DNA from: Alphaproteobacteria bacterium
GTDB taxonomy: Bacteria; Pseudomonadota; Alphaproteobacteria; UBA828
Assembly: GCA_965214705.1 (NCBI GenBank)
Contig: OZ243972.1
Location: forward strand, 2,656,001-2,720,000
DNA: 64,000 bases
Direction of reading: 5' to 3'
Shown: positions 34,868 to 43,689 of the stretch, in pieces
How positions within the stretch are numbered: position 1 is the first letter of the stretch
Layout: every line of letters starts with the position of its first letter
Notes under the pieces: generated by a model
Databases searched by the model: none
The model's input: the letters and a program-made list of their open reading frames with translations, nothing else
Told to the model about the DNA's origin: nothing
Program-made: the position numbers and the translations under genes

Positions 34868-35320
34868 ATGTCGTTCGGATTGAACCAGGCTCAGATCATC
34901 GGTCGGCTGGGTGCCGATGCGACCATCGGCAACCTCGCCTCCGGCGGGCGCGTCGCCAATATGAGCGTGGCGACCGACGAGGGGTATCTGGATCGCCAAT
35001 CAGGCCAGAGGGTGGATCGGACAGAGTGGCACCGGGTCGTCAGCTTCCAGAGCGGCCTGATCGACTTGCTGGAAAAGCACGCGAAGAAGGGCCGGCTCGT
35101 CTACGTCGCGGGCAAGATGCAGACCAGGAAGTGGCGCAAGGACGGCGAGGACTCGGACCGGTTCTCCACCGAGATCCTGCTCGTCCCTGGCTCGCGGATC
35201 CAATTTTTGGACAAGCCTGCCGGCACCAACGGCAACGGCACGGCGCCGGCCGACGGCGAGGCGGCGGAGGCCGCAACCGGCACCGGCGAGACCCACAACG
35301 GCTCGTCCTTGCCGTTCTAG
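34868..35320 (+). CDS. ssb: Single-stranded DNA-binding protein
   Basis: LNQAQIIGRLGAD, TEWHRVV, KGRLVYVAGKMQTRKW and C-terminal LPF. Confidence 0.95.
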   Translation: MSFGLNQAQIIGRLGADATIGNLASGGRVANMSVATDEGYLDRQSGQRVDRTEWHRVVSFQSGLIDLLEKHAKKGRLVYVAGKMQTRKWRKDGEDSDRFSTEILLVPGSRIQFLDKPAGTNGNGTAPADGEAAEAATGTGETHNGSSLPF

Positions 35321-35355
35321 ATTCCTGAGCGCGCTTCTCCCTCGCGCTCGCCCCG

Positions 35356-35400
35356 GGGCCGACCACGCGTTCCTCCCGCGCGTGGTCGGCCCTTTCTTCT
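35356..35400 (+). terminator. Intrinsic terminator after ssb
   Basis: 14-bp perfect stem GGGCCGACCACGCG/CGCGTGGTCGGCCC followed by TTTCTTCT. Confidence 0.75.
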
Positions 35401-35601
35401 GCAGTGTCTTCCGAGTCCCCCGCAGGCCGGACGGCGTGCCGTGCGCTTCGCGCGGAGCCCGCCGTCCCGGCGCCGGCGAGAGACCGGGTGGGGCCGGGAC
35501 CGGGGCGCGTCCCACGCAGCGGTCAGCGAGGTCCCCATGCTCTCCATCTCCTCTCACGGTCCCGGCTTCGCCGGTTCCCGCCCACGCCCGAGGTGTGCGC
35601 C

Positions 35602-36597
35602 ATGAACGCGGCCGCCGTCGCCGCAGCGCTGGCCGAGCGCGCCGAGGAGGTCTGCCGCAGATACCTGCCCTACGGGCGGCGCCGGGGCAGGTATTGGGTC
35701 GCGGGCGATCTCGACGGCGGGCGCGGCCGATCCCTCTACGTCCGTCTCGCGCCTCCGGGTGCGCCGGGGAAATTCACCGATGCAGCAACAGGCGAGCATG
35801 GCGATCTGCTCGACATCATCCGCCACCGCATCTGCGCGCCGACGCTCCGCGCGGCGCTCGACGAGGCTCGCGCCTTCCTCGCCCGGCCGGCTGCGCCGGC
35901 TGCGGGCTCGGGCAACGCCTACGACGCCACCGAGGCGGCGCGGCGCCTGTGGCGGCGTTGCCGCGCCATCGACGGCACCCATGCGGAAGCGTACCTCCAC
36001 GCTCGCGGGCTCGCGCGCTGCCGCTTCCCCGCGCTGCGCTACCACCCGGCTTTGCTCTACAGGGATGGCGGCGGCGTGCGCCGCCTGCCCGCGCTGGTCG
36101 CCGCCGTCACCGCTCACGACGGCGACATCATCACCGGTGTCCATCGCACATGGTTGGACCCTCGGCGCCCCGCGAAGGCAAACCTCTCATCGCCGCGCAA
36201 GGCGCTCGGACGCATCTTCGGCCATGCCGTCCGTTTCGGCGATCCCGCCGACGGCGCTTCGCTTCTCGTCGGCGAGGGCATCGAGACCGTGCTGTCGCTG
36301 GTGACCGCCTCACCCGAGATCACCGCCGCCGCGGCGCTCTCGGCCGGCAGCCTCGGCGCCTTCTCCCCGCCTGCCGGCACAGCCCGCCTCGTCATCGCCA
36401 GGGACAACGACGATGAAGGCGAGCGCGCGGCTCTCCGCCTCGCCCGGCGCTGCGCGCGGGCGGGCGTCGCTGCACTGGTCGTCGCGCCCGCGGGCGATGA
36501 CTTCAACAGCGATCTCGTCGCCCTCGGCGCGCCGGCGCTTCGCGCCAGGCTCGCCCCGATCTTCTGCCGCCCGGTCTGCGCCGGGGACCGCTGGTGA
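35602..36597 (+). CDS. Toprim-domain primase-like protein of alphaproteobacterial ICE/plasmids
   Basis: GDLLDII, AEAYL.ARG, GVHRTWLD, VGEGIET.LS and IARDND motifs. Confidence 0.85.
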   Translation: MNAAAVAAALAERAEEVCRRYLPYGRRRGRYWVAGDLDGGRGRSLYVRLAPPGAPGKFTDAATGEHGDLLDIIRHRICAPTLRAALDEARAFLARPAAPAAGSGNAYDATEAARRLWRRCRAIDGTHAEAYLHARGLARCRFPALRYHPALLYRDGGGVRRLPALVAAVTAHDGDIITGVHRTWLDPRRPAKANLSSPRKALGRIFGHAVRFGDPADGASLLVGEGIETVLSLVTASPEITAAAALSAGSLGAFSPPAGTARLVIARDNDDEGERAALRLARRCARAGVAALVVAPAGDDFNSDLVALGAPALRARLAPIFCRPVCAGDRW

Positions 36598-36695
36598 CGA
36601 TCGCCCGGCCAGAGACGGAGAAGAGCAGGCGCCGGGCGAGCGGCGCAGAGAGGGAGAGAGGTTTCTCCCCGCCGCCATCACGCCAGGAGCGCAGC

Positions 36696-36932
36696 ATGAG
36701 CAGCACCATCACCTTCACGCGCGTCGCCGACGACGAGGCTCGCATCCTCGACGGCGACGGCGACCACGTCGGCGACCTCTTCCGTCATCCCGACATCCTT
36801 CACCCGGGTTCGTCCTACTTCGTGATCCATCTCGACGAAGATCCCCGCGGCCCGGTGCGTGTGCACGACCGCTCCCGCATTCGCGAGGTGGCCGAGGAGC
36901 GCATCCGCTCACACCCGCTCTGGTCGTCGTGA
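36696..36932 (+). CDS. Small acidic hypothetical protein
   Basis: AGGAG RBS; 78-aa ORF with GC3-biased codons. Confidence 0.6.
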   Translation: MSSTITFTRVADDEARILDGDGDHVGDLFRHPDILHPGSSYFVIHLDEDPRGPVRVHDRSRIREVAEERIRSHPLWSS

Positions 36933-36983
36933 TGCCGGCAAGGACAACAGAAACGGGGGCCGTGCGTGGGGAGAGAATAGCCA

Positions 36984-37430
36984 CCCCGTCGTGATGGCCG
37001 AGTCTCACACACGTCCTCGTTCCAGCAACCCTGCGGGTCCTCCAGTCGCTGCGCTCCTTCCGGCCTTCCCCAAGACCTCCTAGGACCGGCCGTGAAGATG
37101 CCCGACCGTGAAGTCGGCTCGCCTGAACTCTCCAACGCCTCGTCTGAGGCGCACCGGCCCCTGAAGCGCGGGGCCGGCGCGTCGGCCCGGCGCTAGCAGT
37201 CCTTGAGAAGGCCTACTCGAAACGCGGCCAGTCACCGAGGCGGCGCGCCGGGCCTCCCAGGCTCACAGAGCGCCGACTTCCGCACCGACATCGGGCATCT
37301 TCCGCACCTAATCCGGTCCAAGGAGCTCTAGGGGAAGGTGCTTCCACTGCGCGCGCGTGAAGAGAAACGACATCACGAAGGGGCACTGGGCCCTGGAGGA
37401 TGAACATCCAGAGGGATGGAACAAGGGAGA
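36984..37430. promoter_or_regulatory. Large nested inverted-repeat structure upstream of the DUF2493 gene
   Basis: Nested stems 37064-71/37331-38, 37094-105/37291-302 and 37110-18/37272-80 plus internal hairpins; function inferred only. Confidence 0.55.
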
Positions 37431-37435
37431 TCGTC

Positions 37436-38365
37436 ATGATCGACACCGCCACCGCTACCCCGACCGCTTCAGCAACCGCAACTGTCTGCGAGGGCATGGC
37501 CCTCTTCGGTGCAGCACCCGAGCGCGGCGAGCTCGACAGCAGGGTCGTCTGGGACGAAGACGACGCCATCGACGCGCTGAACCAAGCCATCCGCGTCATC
37601 GTCGACGGCATCACCGTAGACGGCACACAGATGGCCGACGAGCGCGAGCCCCTCATGTGGGGCCTGACCAACATGCTGCACAGCCAGGTGCAGAGGCTGG
37701 ACCGCGCCGTCGACCGCATCGCGCCCGAGATGCGCGACCTCGAGAAGGCGCAGGATGGATCGGAGGTCAAGGCATGGGAGCTGCAGACCATGACCGACCG
37801 TGCGCAGAACCTCGGTGACAGGCGCGACGCCTTCGAGAAGCTCCGCGACCTCGCCGCCGACGCCTACCGCGTCGAGACCGGCGACACATGGCGCCCGAGG
37901 CACGGATCGCACACGAGCCAGACTGGACAGCTCACCTCCGCCGCCATCGACGCGCGCGATTTCAGGCGCGCACGCAAGGACCGCGAGACCCGTGCGCACC
38001 TGCCCGAGGGCACCCTGGTCGCCGTCACCGGCGGCAAGACCGTCAGCGATGCCGACGCGGTCTGGAGCACACTCGACATGGCGCGCGCCAAGTACGGCGA
38101 CATGGTGCTGCTACATGGTGGCGGTCCCGGCGTCGAGAAGATCGCCGCGAGCTGGGCCGAGGCCAGAGGCGTCAACCAGGTCATCTGCCGCCCCGACTGG
38201 AACGCGCACGGCAAGGCCGCGCCCTTCCGCCGCAACGACGACCTGCTCAACCTGCTGCCCAAGGGCGTCATCGCCTTCCCCGGCTCCGGCATCACCGGCA
38301 ACCTCGTCGACAAAGCGAAACAACTCGGCATACCGGTCATGCACGTTATGCCGAGCTCGGCATAA
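37436..38365 (+). CDS. DUF2493 / YspA-like SLOG domain protein; last codons replaced by RIT insertion
   Basis: VAVTGG, LLHGGGPGVEKIAASWA, AAPFRRND and AFPGSGITGNL; the original end MQMQAV* appears to resume at ~42102-42122. Confidence 0.85.
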   Translation: MIDTATATPTASATATVCEGMALFGAAPERGELDSRVVWDEDDAIDALNQAIRVIVDGITVDGTQMADEREPLMWGLTNMLHSQVQRLDRAVDRIAPEMRDLEKAQDGSEVKAWELQTMTDRAQNLGDRRDAFEKLRDLAADAYRVETGDTWRPRHGSHTSQTGQLTSAAIDARDFRRARKDRETRAHLPEGTLVAVTGGKTVSDADAVWSTLDMARAKYGDMVLLHGGGPGVEKIAASWAEARGVNQVICRPDWNAHGKAAPFRRNDDLLNLLPKGVIAFPGSGITGNLVDKAKQLGIPVMHVMPSSA

Positions 38366-38372
38366 CGTGCAT
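38339..38372. repeat. 34-bp perfect palindrome at RIT left junction
   Basis: ATGCACGTTATGCCGAG|CTCGGCATAACGTGCAT. Confidence 0.95.
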
Positions 38373-38459
38373 AATGCCGAGAAGGTTGTAATGCCGAGCG
38401 GGTCGCGGGGATCGGCTTAGTTCTGCCGTTTTCCTGCCGATTCGCTCGGCATTAATTGT
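38368..38459 (+). repeat. RIT left inverted repeat (92 bp)
   Basis: Reverse complement of 42015-42106 with one mismatch; contains repeated TAATGCCGA motifs. Confidence 0.95.
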
Positions 38460-38517
38460 TGGGGTCGGTTCTCCGACAAAGTCGTCCTCCCTTTCAATCG
38501 GATGGAGGACGACAAGA

Positions 38518-40092
38518 ATGTCTTCGACACCCAACCGCGGGTCGTTGCTGGAGACCACGGCGCTGGCCGGCTTCGATCCAATCATTCTTGAGTTCATCGA
38601 CGACCTTCGCCATCGAGGTGGAGTTGCCGAGGGTCAGCTCCCCAAGTACCGGTATGCCGCTCGTCACTTCCTGATCTGGCTTAAGCTCGCCGGCATCGAG
38701 CTCAAGATGGTCGACGGCACGGCCATCGAGCACTTTCTGCAGCACGATTGCCGTTGTGCCGAATCGTCCGCGCCCGTCCGGCTTCGCCGCTGGCGCAAGT
38801 GCCGCACGTCGTCCAGAGTCATGACGTTCATCCGCTTCCTTGAGCGGACGGGGCGCATCGAGACTCCCGGCGAGCTCGACGACAATTTCAGGCTGCTGGA
38901 TGCGTTCCTCGCGAGCTTGCGCCGCGATGGCTACGCGACCGCGACCATTGAGCTGTATGGCCACGGATGCGGCGGTCTCATTGTCTGGCTCCACCTCTCA
39001 CGGCTTCGCCTGTGCGATCTGTCGCCGGAGGTAATCGCACGTTTCCGGCGCAGGCAGATCGTCTGCTCGATCCCCGGGGTGTTTTGCGGCCAGGAATCGC
39101 GGTGCCCCGCAACCGCATACGAGACCGAGCTGCGCGGCTTCCTGAAGCATCTCGTCTCGATCGGGCGGATCGAACCGTTCGAACAGAACCCGGACGAGAA
39201 GACCCCGCCGCCCCCTCGCCTCGAGAGATTCGGCGACTGGCTTGAACGCCATCGTGCGATCAGCCCGGAGAGCATACGCCAGTATGTCCGATTGATCGCA
39301 GAGATGCTGCCTGACCTTGGGGACGATCCTGGGGCCTATGACGCGGCGCTGATCCGGCGGGCGTTGTTCGACCGTATGGAGCCCTGGTCGCAGGGCTACG
39401 CCCGAAGGCTGACCACCGCGATGCGCATGTATCTGCGGTTCCTGGTGTCGGAAGCCAGCATCGCGGCGAGACTGGTCGAGGCCGTGCCGACGGTGCCGCA
39501 GTGGCGATTGTCCACCTTGCCACGATACATCTCGGCCGACGATGTCGAGCGCGCCATCGCATCCTGCGGCGACGACCCCAAGGGCGTGCGCGATCGGGCG
39601 ATCCTGCTGCTTCTGGCACGGCTGGCCCTGCGGGCCGGGGATATCGTCGCTCTGCGCCTCGGCGATATCGACTGGGACAGGGCCGAGATCCGTGTCTCGG
39701 GAAAATCACGGCGGGAGACGGCTCTGCCTCTGCCCCAGGACGTCGGCGATGCGCTCCACGCCTATATCGCGACGGCGCGGCCAAGGGTGGATGAGGAGAA
39801 GGTGTTCTTCTGTGTGAACGCGCCCTGTCGGCCGTTCACCGACTCGAGTGTCGTCAGCGCCGTGGCGGAATGGGCTCTCGACCGCGCCGGGGTCAAGACC
39901 TTCGGCGGCCGCGGCGCGCATACATTCCGCCATTCCCAGGCGACAGCGCTGCTCAGATCCGGAGCAACGCTCCACGTCATCCAATCGCTGCTCCGGCACG
40001 CTTCCCCGAGCGCCACCATGATCTATGCGAAGACCGACGCGGTCATGTTGCAGGAGGTTGCCCAACCCTGGATCGGGGGGATCGATCGATGA
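38518..40092 (+). CDS. RitA tyrosine recombinase (long form)
   Basis: RDRAILLLLARLALRAGDI, GKSRRE, HTFRHS, LRH and TMIYAK. Confidence 0.9.
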   Translation: MSSTPNRGSLLETTALAGFDPIILEFIDDLRHRGGVAEGQLPKYRYAARHFLIWLKLAGIELKMVDGTAIEHFLQHDCRCAESSAPVRLRRWRKCRTSSRVMTFIRFLERTGRIETPGELDDNFRLLDAFLASLRRDGYATATIELYGHGCGGLIVWLHLSRLRLCDLSPEVIARFRRRQIVCSIPGVFCGQESRCPATAYETELRGFLKHLVSIGRIEPFEQNPDEKTPPPPRLERFGDWLERHRAISPESIRQYVRLIAEMLPDLGDDPGAYDAALIRRALFDRMEPWSQGYARRLTTAMRMYLRFLVSEASIAARLVEAVPTVPQWRLSTLPRYISADDVERAIASCGDDPKGVRDRAILLLLARLALRAGDIVALRLGDIDWDRAEIRVSGKSRRETALPLPQDVGDALHAYIATARPRVDEEKVFFCVNAPCRPFTDSSVVSAVAEWALDRAGVKTFGGRGAHTFRHSQATALLRSGATLHVIQSLLRHASPSATMIYAKTDAVMLQEVAQPWIGGIDR

Positions 40093-41021
40093 CGATGACA
40101 ATCAGCGAACAGGTCTCGCGCTTCGTCGCGATGAAACAGAAGCTCGGCTACCGGTTCGGGCGGTGCGAAGGGATGCTGCACAGCTTCGCCAGGTTCGCCG
40201 AGGACCGTGATGAAACATTCATCCATTCCACGACCGCCATCGAGTGGGCATCGTCGTCGAGAGCGGCATCGCAGTCCGAAGGAGTCAGAAGGCTGCGCGC
40301 GGTACATGACTTTGCCAGCTGGCTGCATGCCGAGGATGCGCGTCACGAAGTACCGCCGCGCGATGCGCTGGGCCGCCCGAACAAGCAGAGGCCGCGACCC
40401 TGCCTGATATCGGTCCCGGACATCGGGAAACTTCTGATGGCGGCGCTGTCCATGGGGCCTGCCGGCAGCATCGCCCCGCTGACCTGGCACTACCTGTTCG
40501 GGCTCATCGCCGCGACCGGCCTGCGCATCGGCGAAGCGCTCGCATTGACGATGGATGACATCACCGCTGACGGCCTCGTCATCCGAGACACGAAGTTCGG
40601 CAAGACGAGGATGGTCGCGCTGCACCCGACCACCTGGGATGCGCTGAACTGCTACCTGGGGTCACGGCTCAAGGAGAAAACGCCAGACACGCATCTCTTC
40701 GTGATCGCCACCGGCCTATGTCCGAGTAGAGGCTATGCATCGGCCGTCTTCCGCAGACTCGCGGAGCAAGCCGGAATCCGCGAACCCGGCGCGGCGCGAG
40801 GACCCACACCGCACTCGCTGCGGCATTCCTTCGCTGTGCGGTCACTTGAGAGCCTTGCTCCCGATATCGATCCGAGCCGCCATATGCTGGCGCTTGCGAC
40901 CTACCTCGGCCATGTCAACGTCTCAAGCACCTACTGGTATCTGGAATCGACCCCTGCCCTCCTGCGCGGCATTGCCGAAGCCGCGGAAGAGGCTCACGCG
41001 AATGGGGGTTCCGATGACTGA
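40089..41021 (+). CDS. RitB tyrosine recombinase
   Basis: TGLRIGEAL, TKFGKTR, HSLRHSFAV, LATYLGH and TYWYL. Confidence 0.9.
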   Translation: MTMTISEQVSRFVAMKQKLGYRFGRCEGMLHSFARFAEDRDETFIHSTTAIEWASSSRAASQSEGVRRLRAVHDFASWLHAEDARHEVPPRDALGRPNKQRPRPCLISVPDIGKLLMAALSMGPAGSIAPLTWHYLFGLIAATGLRIGEALALTMDDITADGLVIRDTKFGKTRMVALHPTTWDALNCYLGSRLKEKTPDTHLFVIATGLCPSRGYASAVFRRLAEQAGIREPGAARGPTPHSLRHSFAVRSLESLAPDIDPSRHMLALATYLGHVNVSSTYWYLESTPALLRGIAEAAEEAHANGGSDD

Positions 41022-42015
41022 TCTTGCCCCCCACCTGACGAGCTTCCTGGAGGAGCACCTTCCTAACGAGCGGCGCTTCAGCCGCCACACCGTGCAGAGC
41101 TATAAGGAGTGCTTCCGCCTCCTCGTCATCTACGCGGCGGAAAAGACCAGGGTGCGCCCCTGCATCCTGAAGATCGAGCACCTGACGGTGGCTCTACTGC
41201 TGGCCTTCCTCGAGTCTCTGGAGAAGGATCGCAACAACAGCATCGGCACCCGCAACAATCGCCTCGCCGCCATCAAGTCCTTCTTCCGATACCTGGAATA
41301 CCGTGTCCCGGGTTGTCTCGACCTCGCCTTGCAGGTGCGCGCCATCCCGCAGAAGCGCACCGACAAACCCCTGATCGACTGGCTCGACCGGATGGAGATG
41401 CAGGCGATCCTGGATGCGCCGGATACCGCGACGGTCGCAGGCCTGCGCGACCGCGCCATGCTGCATCTATGCTACGCGGCCGGGCTCCGGGTGTCGGAAC
41501 TGACCAGGCTCACTCTCGACAGCCTGTCGAGTCCCCATCTTGAGACTGTCCGCATCCTGGGCAAGGGGCGGCGCGAGCGCGAACTGCCGCTCTGGAAGGA
41601 AACGAGGGCCGTCCTCAATGAGTGGCTCGACGTCCGCCCGCCGGTCAACAATCGCTATCTCTTCCTCAGCGCCCGCGGGCGGGCGTTGAGCACGGACGGC
41701 TTCGCTTACATCCTCGACCAGCATGTCGCCACCGCGGCCTGCAAGGTCCCGTCCATCAAGAGCAAGCGGGTGACCCCGCACGTGCTCCGTCATTCGTCGG
41801 CAATGACCGTTCTGGATGCCACACGGGGGGACATCCGGAAGGTCTCGATCTGGCTCGGTCACGCCGACGTCAAGATTACCGAGGTGTACCTTCGTTCGAG
41901 CGCGGCCGAGAAGTTGAAAATCCTTGGGGCCAACACGCCGCCTTCCATCCGCCGCGGGACCTTCAACGGTGTGAAGGACAGCTTGATGATGGTTCTCGGC
42001 GGAAACTGGCCGTGA
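41014..42015 (+). CDS. RitC tyrosine recombinase
   Basis: TRNNRLAAIKSFF, GLRVSEL, GKGRRER, PHVLRHS, WLGH and TEVYL. Confidence 0.9.
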   Translation: MTDLAPHLTSFLEEHLPNERRFSRHTVQSYKECFRLLVIYAAEKTRVRPCILKIEHLTVALLLAFLESLEKDRNNSIGTRNNRLAAIKSFFRYLEYRVPGCLDLALQVRAIPQKRTDKPLIDWLDRMEMQAILDAPDTATVAGLRDRAMLHLCYAAGLRVSELTRLTLDSLSSPHLETVRILGKGRRERELPLWKETRAVLNEWLDVRPPVNNRYLFLSARGRALSTDGFAYILDQHVATAACKVPSIKSKRVTPHVLRHSSAMTVLDATRGDIRKVSIWLGHADVKITEVYLRSSAAEKLKILGANTPPSIRRGTFNGVKDSLMMVLGGNWP

Positions 42016-42106
42016 CAATTAATGCCGAGCGAATCGGCAGGAAAACGGCAGAACTAAGCCGATCCCAGCGACCCGCTCGGCATTACAACCTTCTCGGCAT
42101 TATGCA
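42015..42106 (-). repeat. RIT right inverted repeat (92 bp)
   Basis: Reverse complement of 38368-38459. Confidence 0.95.
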
Positions 42107-42140
42107 GATGCAGGCCGTGTAAGCAGCCCGCGCCTCGACG

Positions 42141-42177
42141 AAGCGGCCGGTGCCTCAAGGCATCGGCCGCTTTCTTC
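42141..42177 (+). terminator. Terminator, probably the original one of the DUF2493 gene
   Basis: AAGCGGCCGGTGCC-TCAA-GGCATCGGCCGCTT followed by TCTTC, about 20 bp after TAA at 42120-42122. Confidence 0.65.
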
Positions 42178-42364
42178 GTGTTTCACGACGGGCGTCATGA
42201 GCCTCGTCCGTCGCCGCCGCGCTTCGCGCTGGCGCCGCCCGCGCTCGAACCGGCGAGTGTTGTTCCCGCCGCGGCTTCGGCGTCGCAGCAGCGTGTTCGG
42301 CTGCGGTTCCGTCCCCGAAGACTTGCCTCCCTGCCGCGGTGCGCTGCTTCGGCCAGCGCCTCGA

Positions 42365-43090
42365 CCGCGCGCGCTCCCGCCTGTGCCGGTGATGATGTCC
42401 GTGGCGACGGCGCATCCACGAGTGCCACCGCCACCGCAGTGAAGCAACTCGCCTGCACGAGATGAACTGCACGCATCATGCGAACCCTCGGCGTCAGCGC
42501 CGTCGCCGATGGCGACGAGCGCCTCGGCACCTCGCCGGACAACGGTGCCGCCGCGCCTGAACGGCTCGGCGTACGGCTCGCCGTCACCCAGCCCGACACT
42601 CGTGACGATCATGGCGATCGGCACGCTGCGCCGATCCTGATCGCCAGCCTCTGCATGTCTTCCCGGTTGCCGTTCGTCAGACCGTCGCCGGATCGTTGCG
42701 GTCGAGTGTCCACCCTCCGCGAAAGCCGACCCCCGGCCCAGCCGCATGCCGACGTCGCCGAGTGCTGCACCGGTGCGAATGTCGCTGCGAGCGCCCCCGC
42801 CGCCGAAGATGACGATGACCATGACGATGGCAACGGCGTAGCGCCAAGTGCGACCGCCACCGCCGTGATGAACTTCACCTTCGCGAGACGAACTGCGAGA
42901 CCCCTGTGCAGGCTCCCCGTCAGTGCCGTCGCCGATGGCGACGAGCGCCGTGACACCTTGCCCGACGGCGATGCAGCCGTGACTGCATGACCCGGCGTCA
43001 CCCAGTCCGACACCGTCGATGACAGGCGTGACGAGCTCGCTGCGCCGATTGCGATCGCAAGCGTCTTCACCTCCTCCCGCTTGCCGTTCC
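42365..43090. repeat. Two degenerate ~310-bp direct repeats (period ~420-426 bp)
   Basis: Identical 25-mer GCCGTCGCCGATGGCGACGAGCGCC at 42499 and 42925 plus collinear shared blocks (ACCGCCACCGC, GAACTGC, CGTCACCCAG, CGCTGCGCCGAT, TTGCCGTTC). Confidence 0.8.
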
Positions 43091-43295
43091 ACCCTCAACA
43101 TTTCCTCGTCGCGACTGCTTCCTATGCTTGCAACTCGAAGCCGCGCAACGACCTGCAACACCGCTCCGCCGGATGCGTCGCGAGCGCTGACGCGAAGGCA
43201 TCGATCGACCCGATCGTTTGTCCTGCAACGAGTTGGGGCCCTGACCGTTTCTATATCGAACTTGTGTCCCCCTCGACGCTTGCGCGCTTTGGTTC

Positions 43296-43370
43296 TCACA
43301 CCTGACTCACCGATGGTGCAGGGCTGCAACCTGTCGTACGCCTGCGTAGTCCCGCGTAGTTGCGCGTAGA
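43296..43370 (-). other. Candidate MOBF-type oriT (nic-like site plus phased repeats)
   Basis: Minus strand GCACC-ATC-GGTGA-GTCAGGTGT^GAG resembles R388/pKM101/F hairpin+nic architecture; GCGTAG at 43344, 43354 and 43364 (10-bp period); upstream of an RHH gene. Confidence 0.55.
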
Positions 43371-43689
43371 TGTGACCTGTTAATCTGGGCCAATCCTGCG
43401 GCCAAGAGTGCCTCCGACACCCTGGGAACGCGTCCCTTTTTCGGGTGACGATCACAACCAGTTGATATACAACCGTTAATTGTCGGCGATACCAATTTGC
43501 GCCGCACGGCTCTTCCGCCATTGGGCCGGGCGAATGTCCAGCGAGCTTCGCCGGATTGCGCGCGCCAATCGACGAGGGCGCGGCTATGATCGGCCCTGCA
43601 GGCCGTTCCGGCGGGCGGTCCTCTTCCAAATTCCGTTGGTATGTAGCGGCGGTACGGCCCCGACTTGCGACGACCGAGAGAGGACTTCC

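Larger units (their letters stand above)
38339..42106 (+). mobile_element. RIT (recombinase-in-trio) element
   Basis: Three overlapping tyrosine recombinase genes between 92-bp inverted repeats, with a 34-bp palindrome at the left junction. Confidence 0.9.

Noticed and set aside
36963-36976. TGCGTGGGGAGAGA, a 12/14 match to the nic-like repeat
   Set aside because: Both mismatches hit the GTGT next to the nick and there is no upstream hairpin; it pairs locally with 37003-37014 instead.
38339-38459. Repeated ATGCCGA motifs as a possible CRISPR or iteron array
   Set aside because: No regular repeat-spacer pattern; explained as RIT recombinase sites. No CRISPR array, cas, tRNA or rRNA gene was recognised in the window.
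42100-43629. 509-aa minus-strand ORF across the repeat/oriT region
   Set aside because: Low-complexity Gly/Arg composition, crosses a terminator and the candidate oriT, and has no recognisable domain; not called as a CDS.
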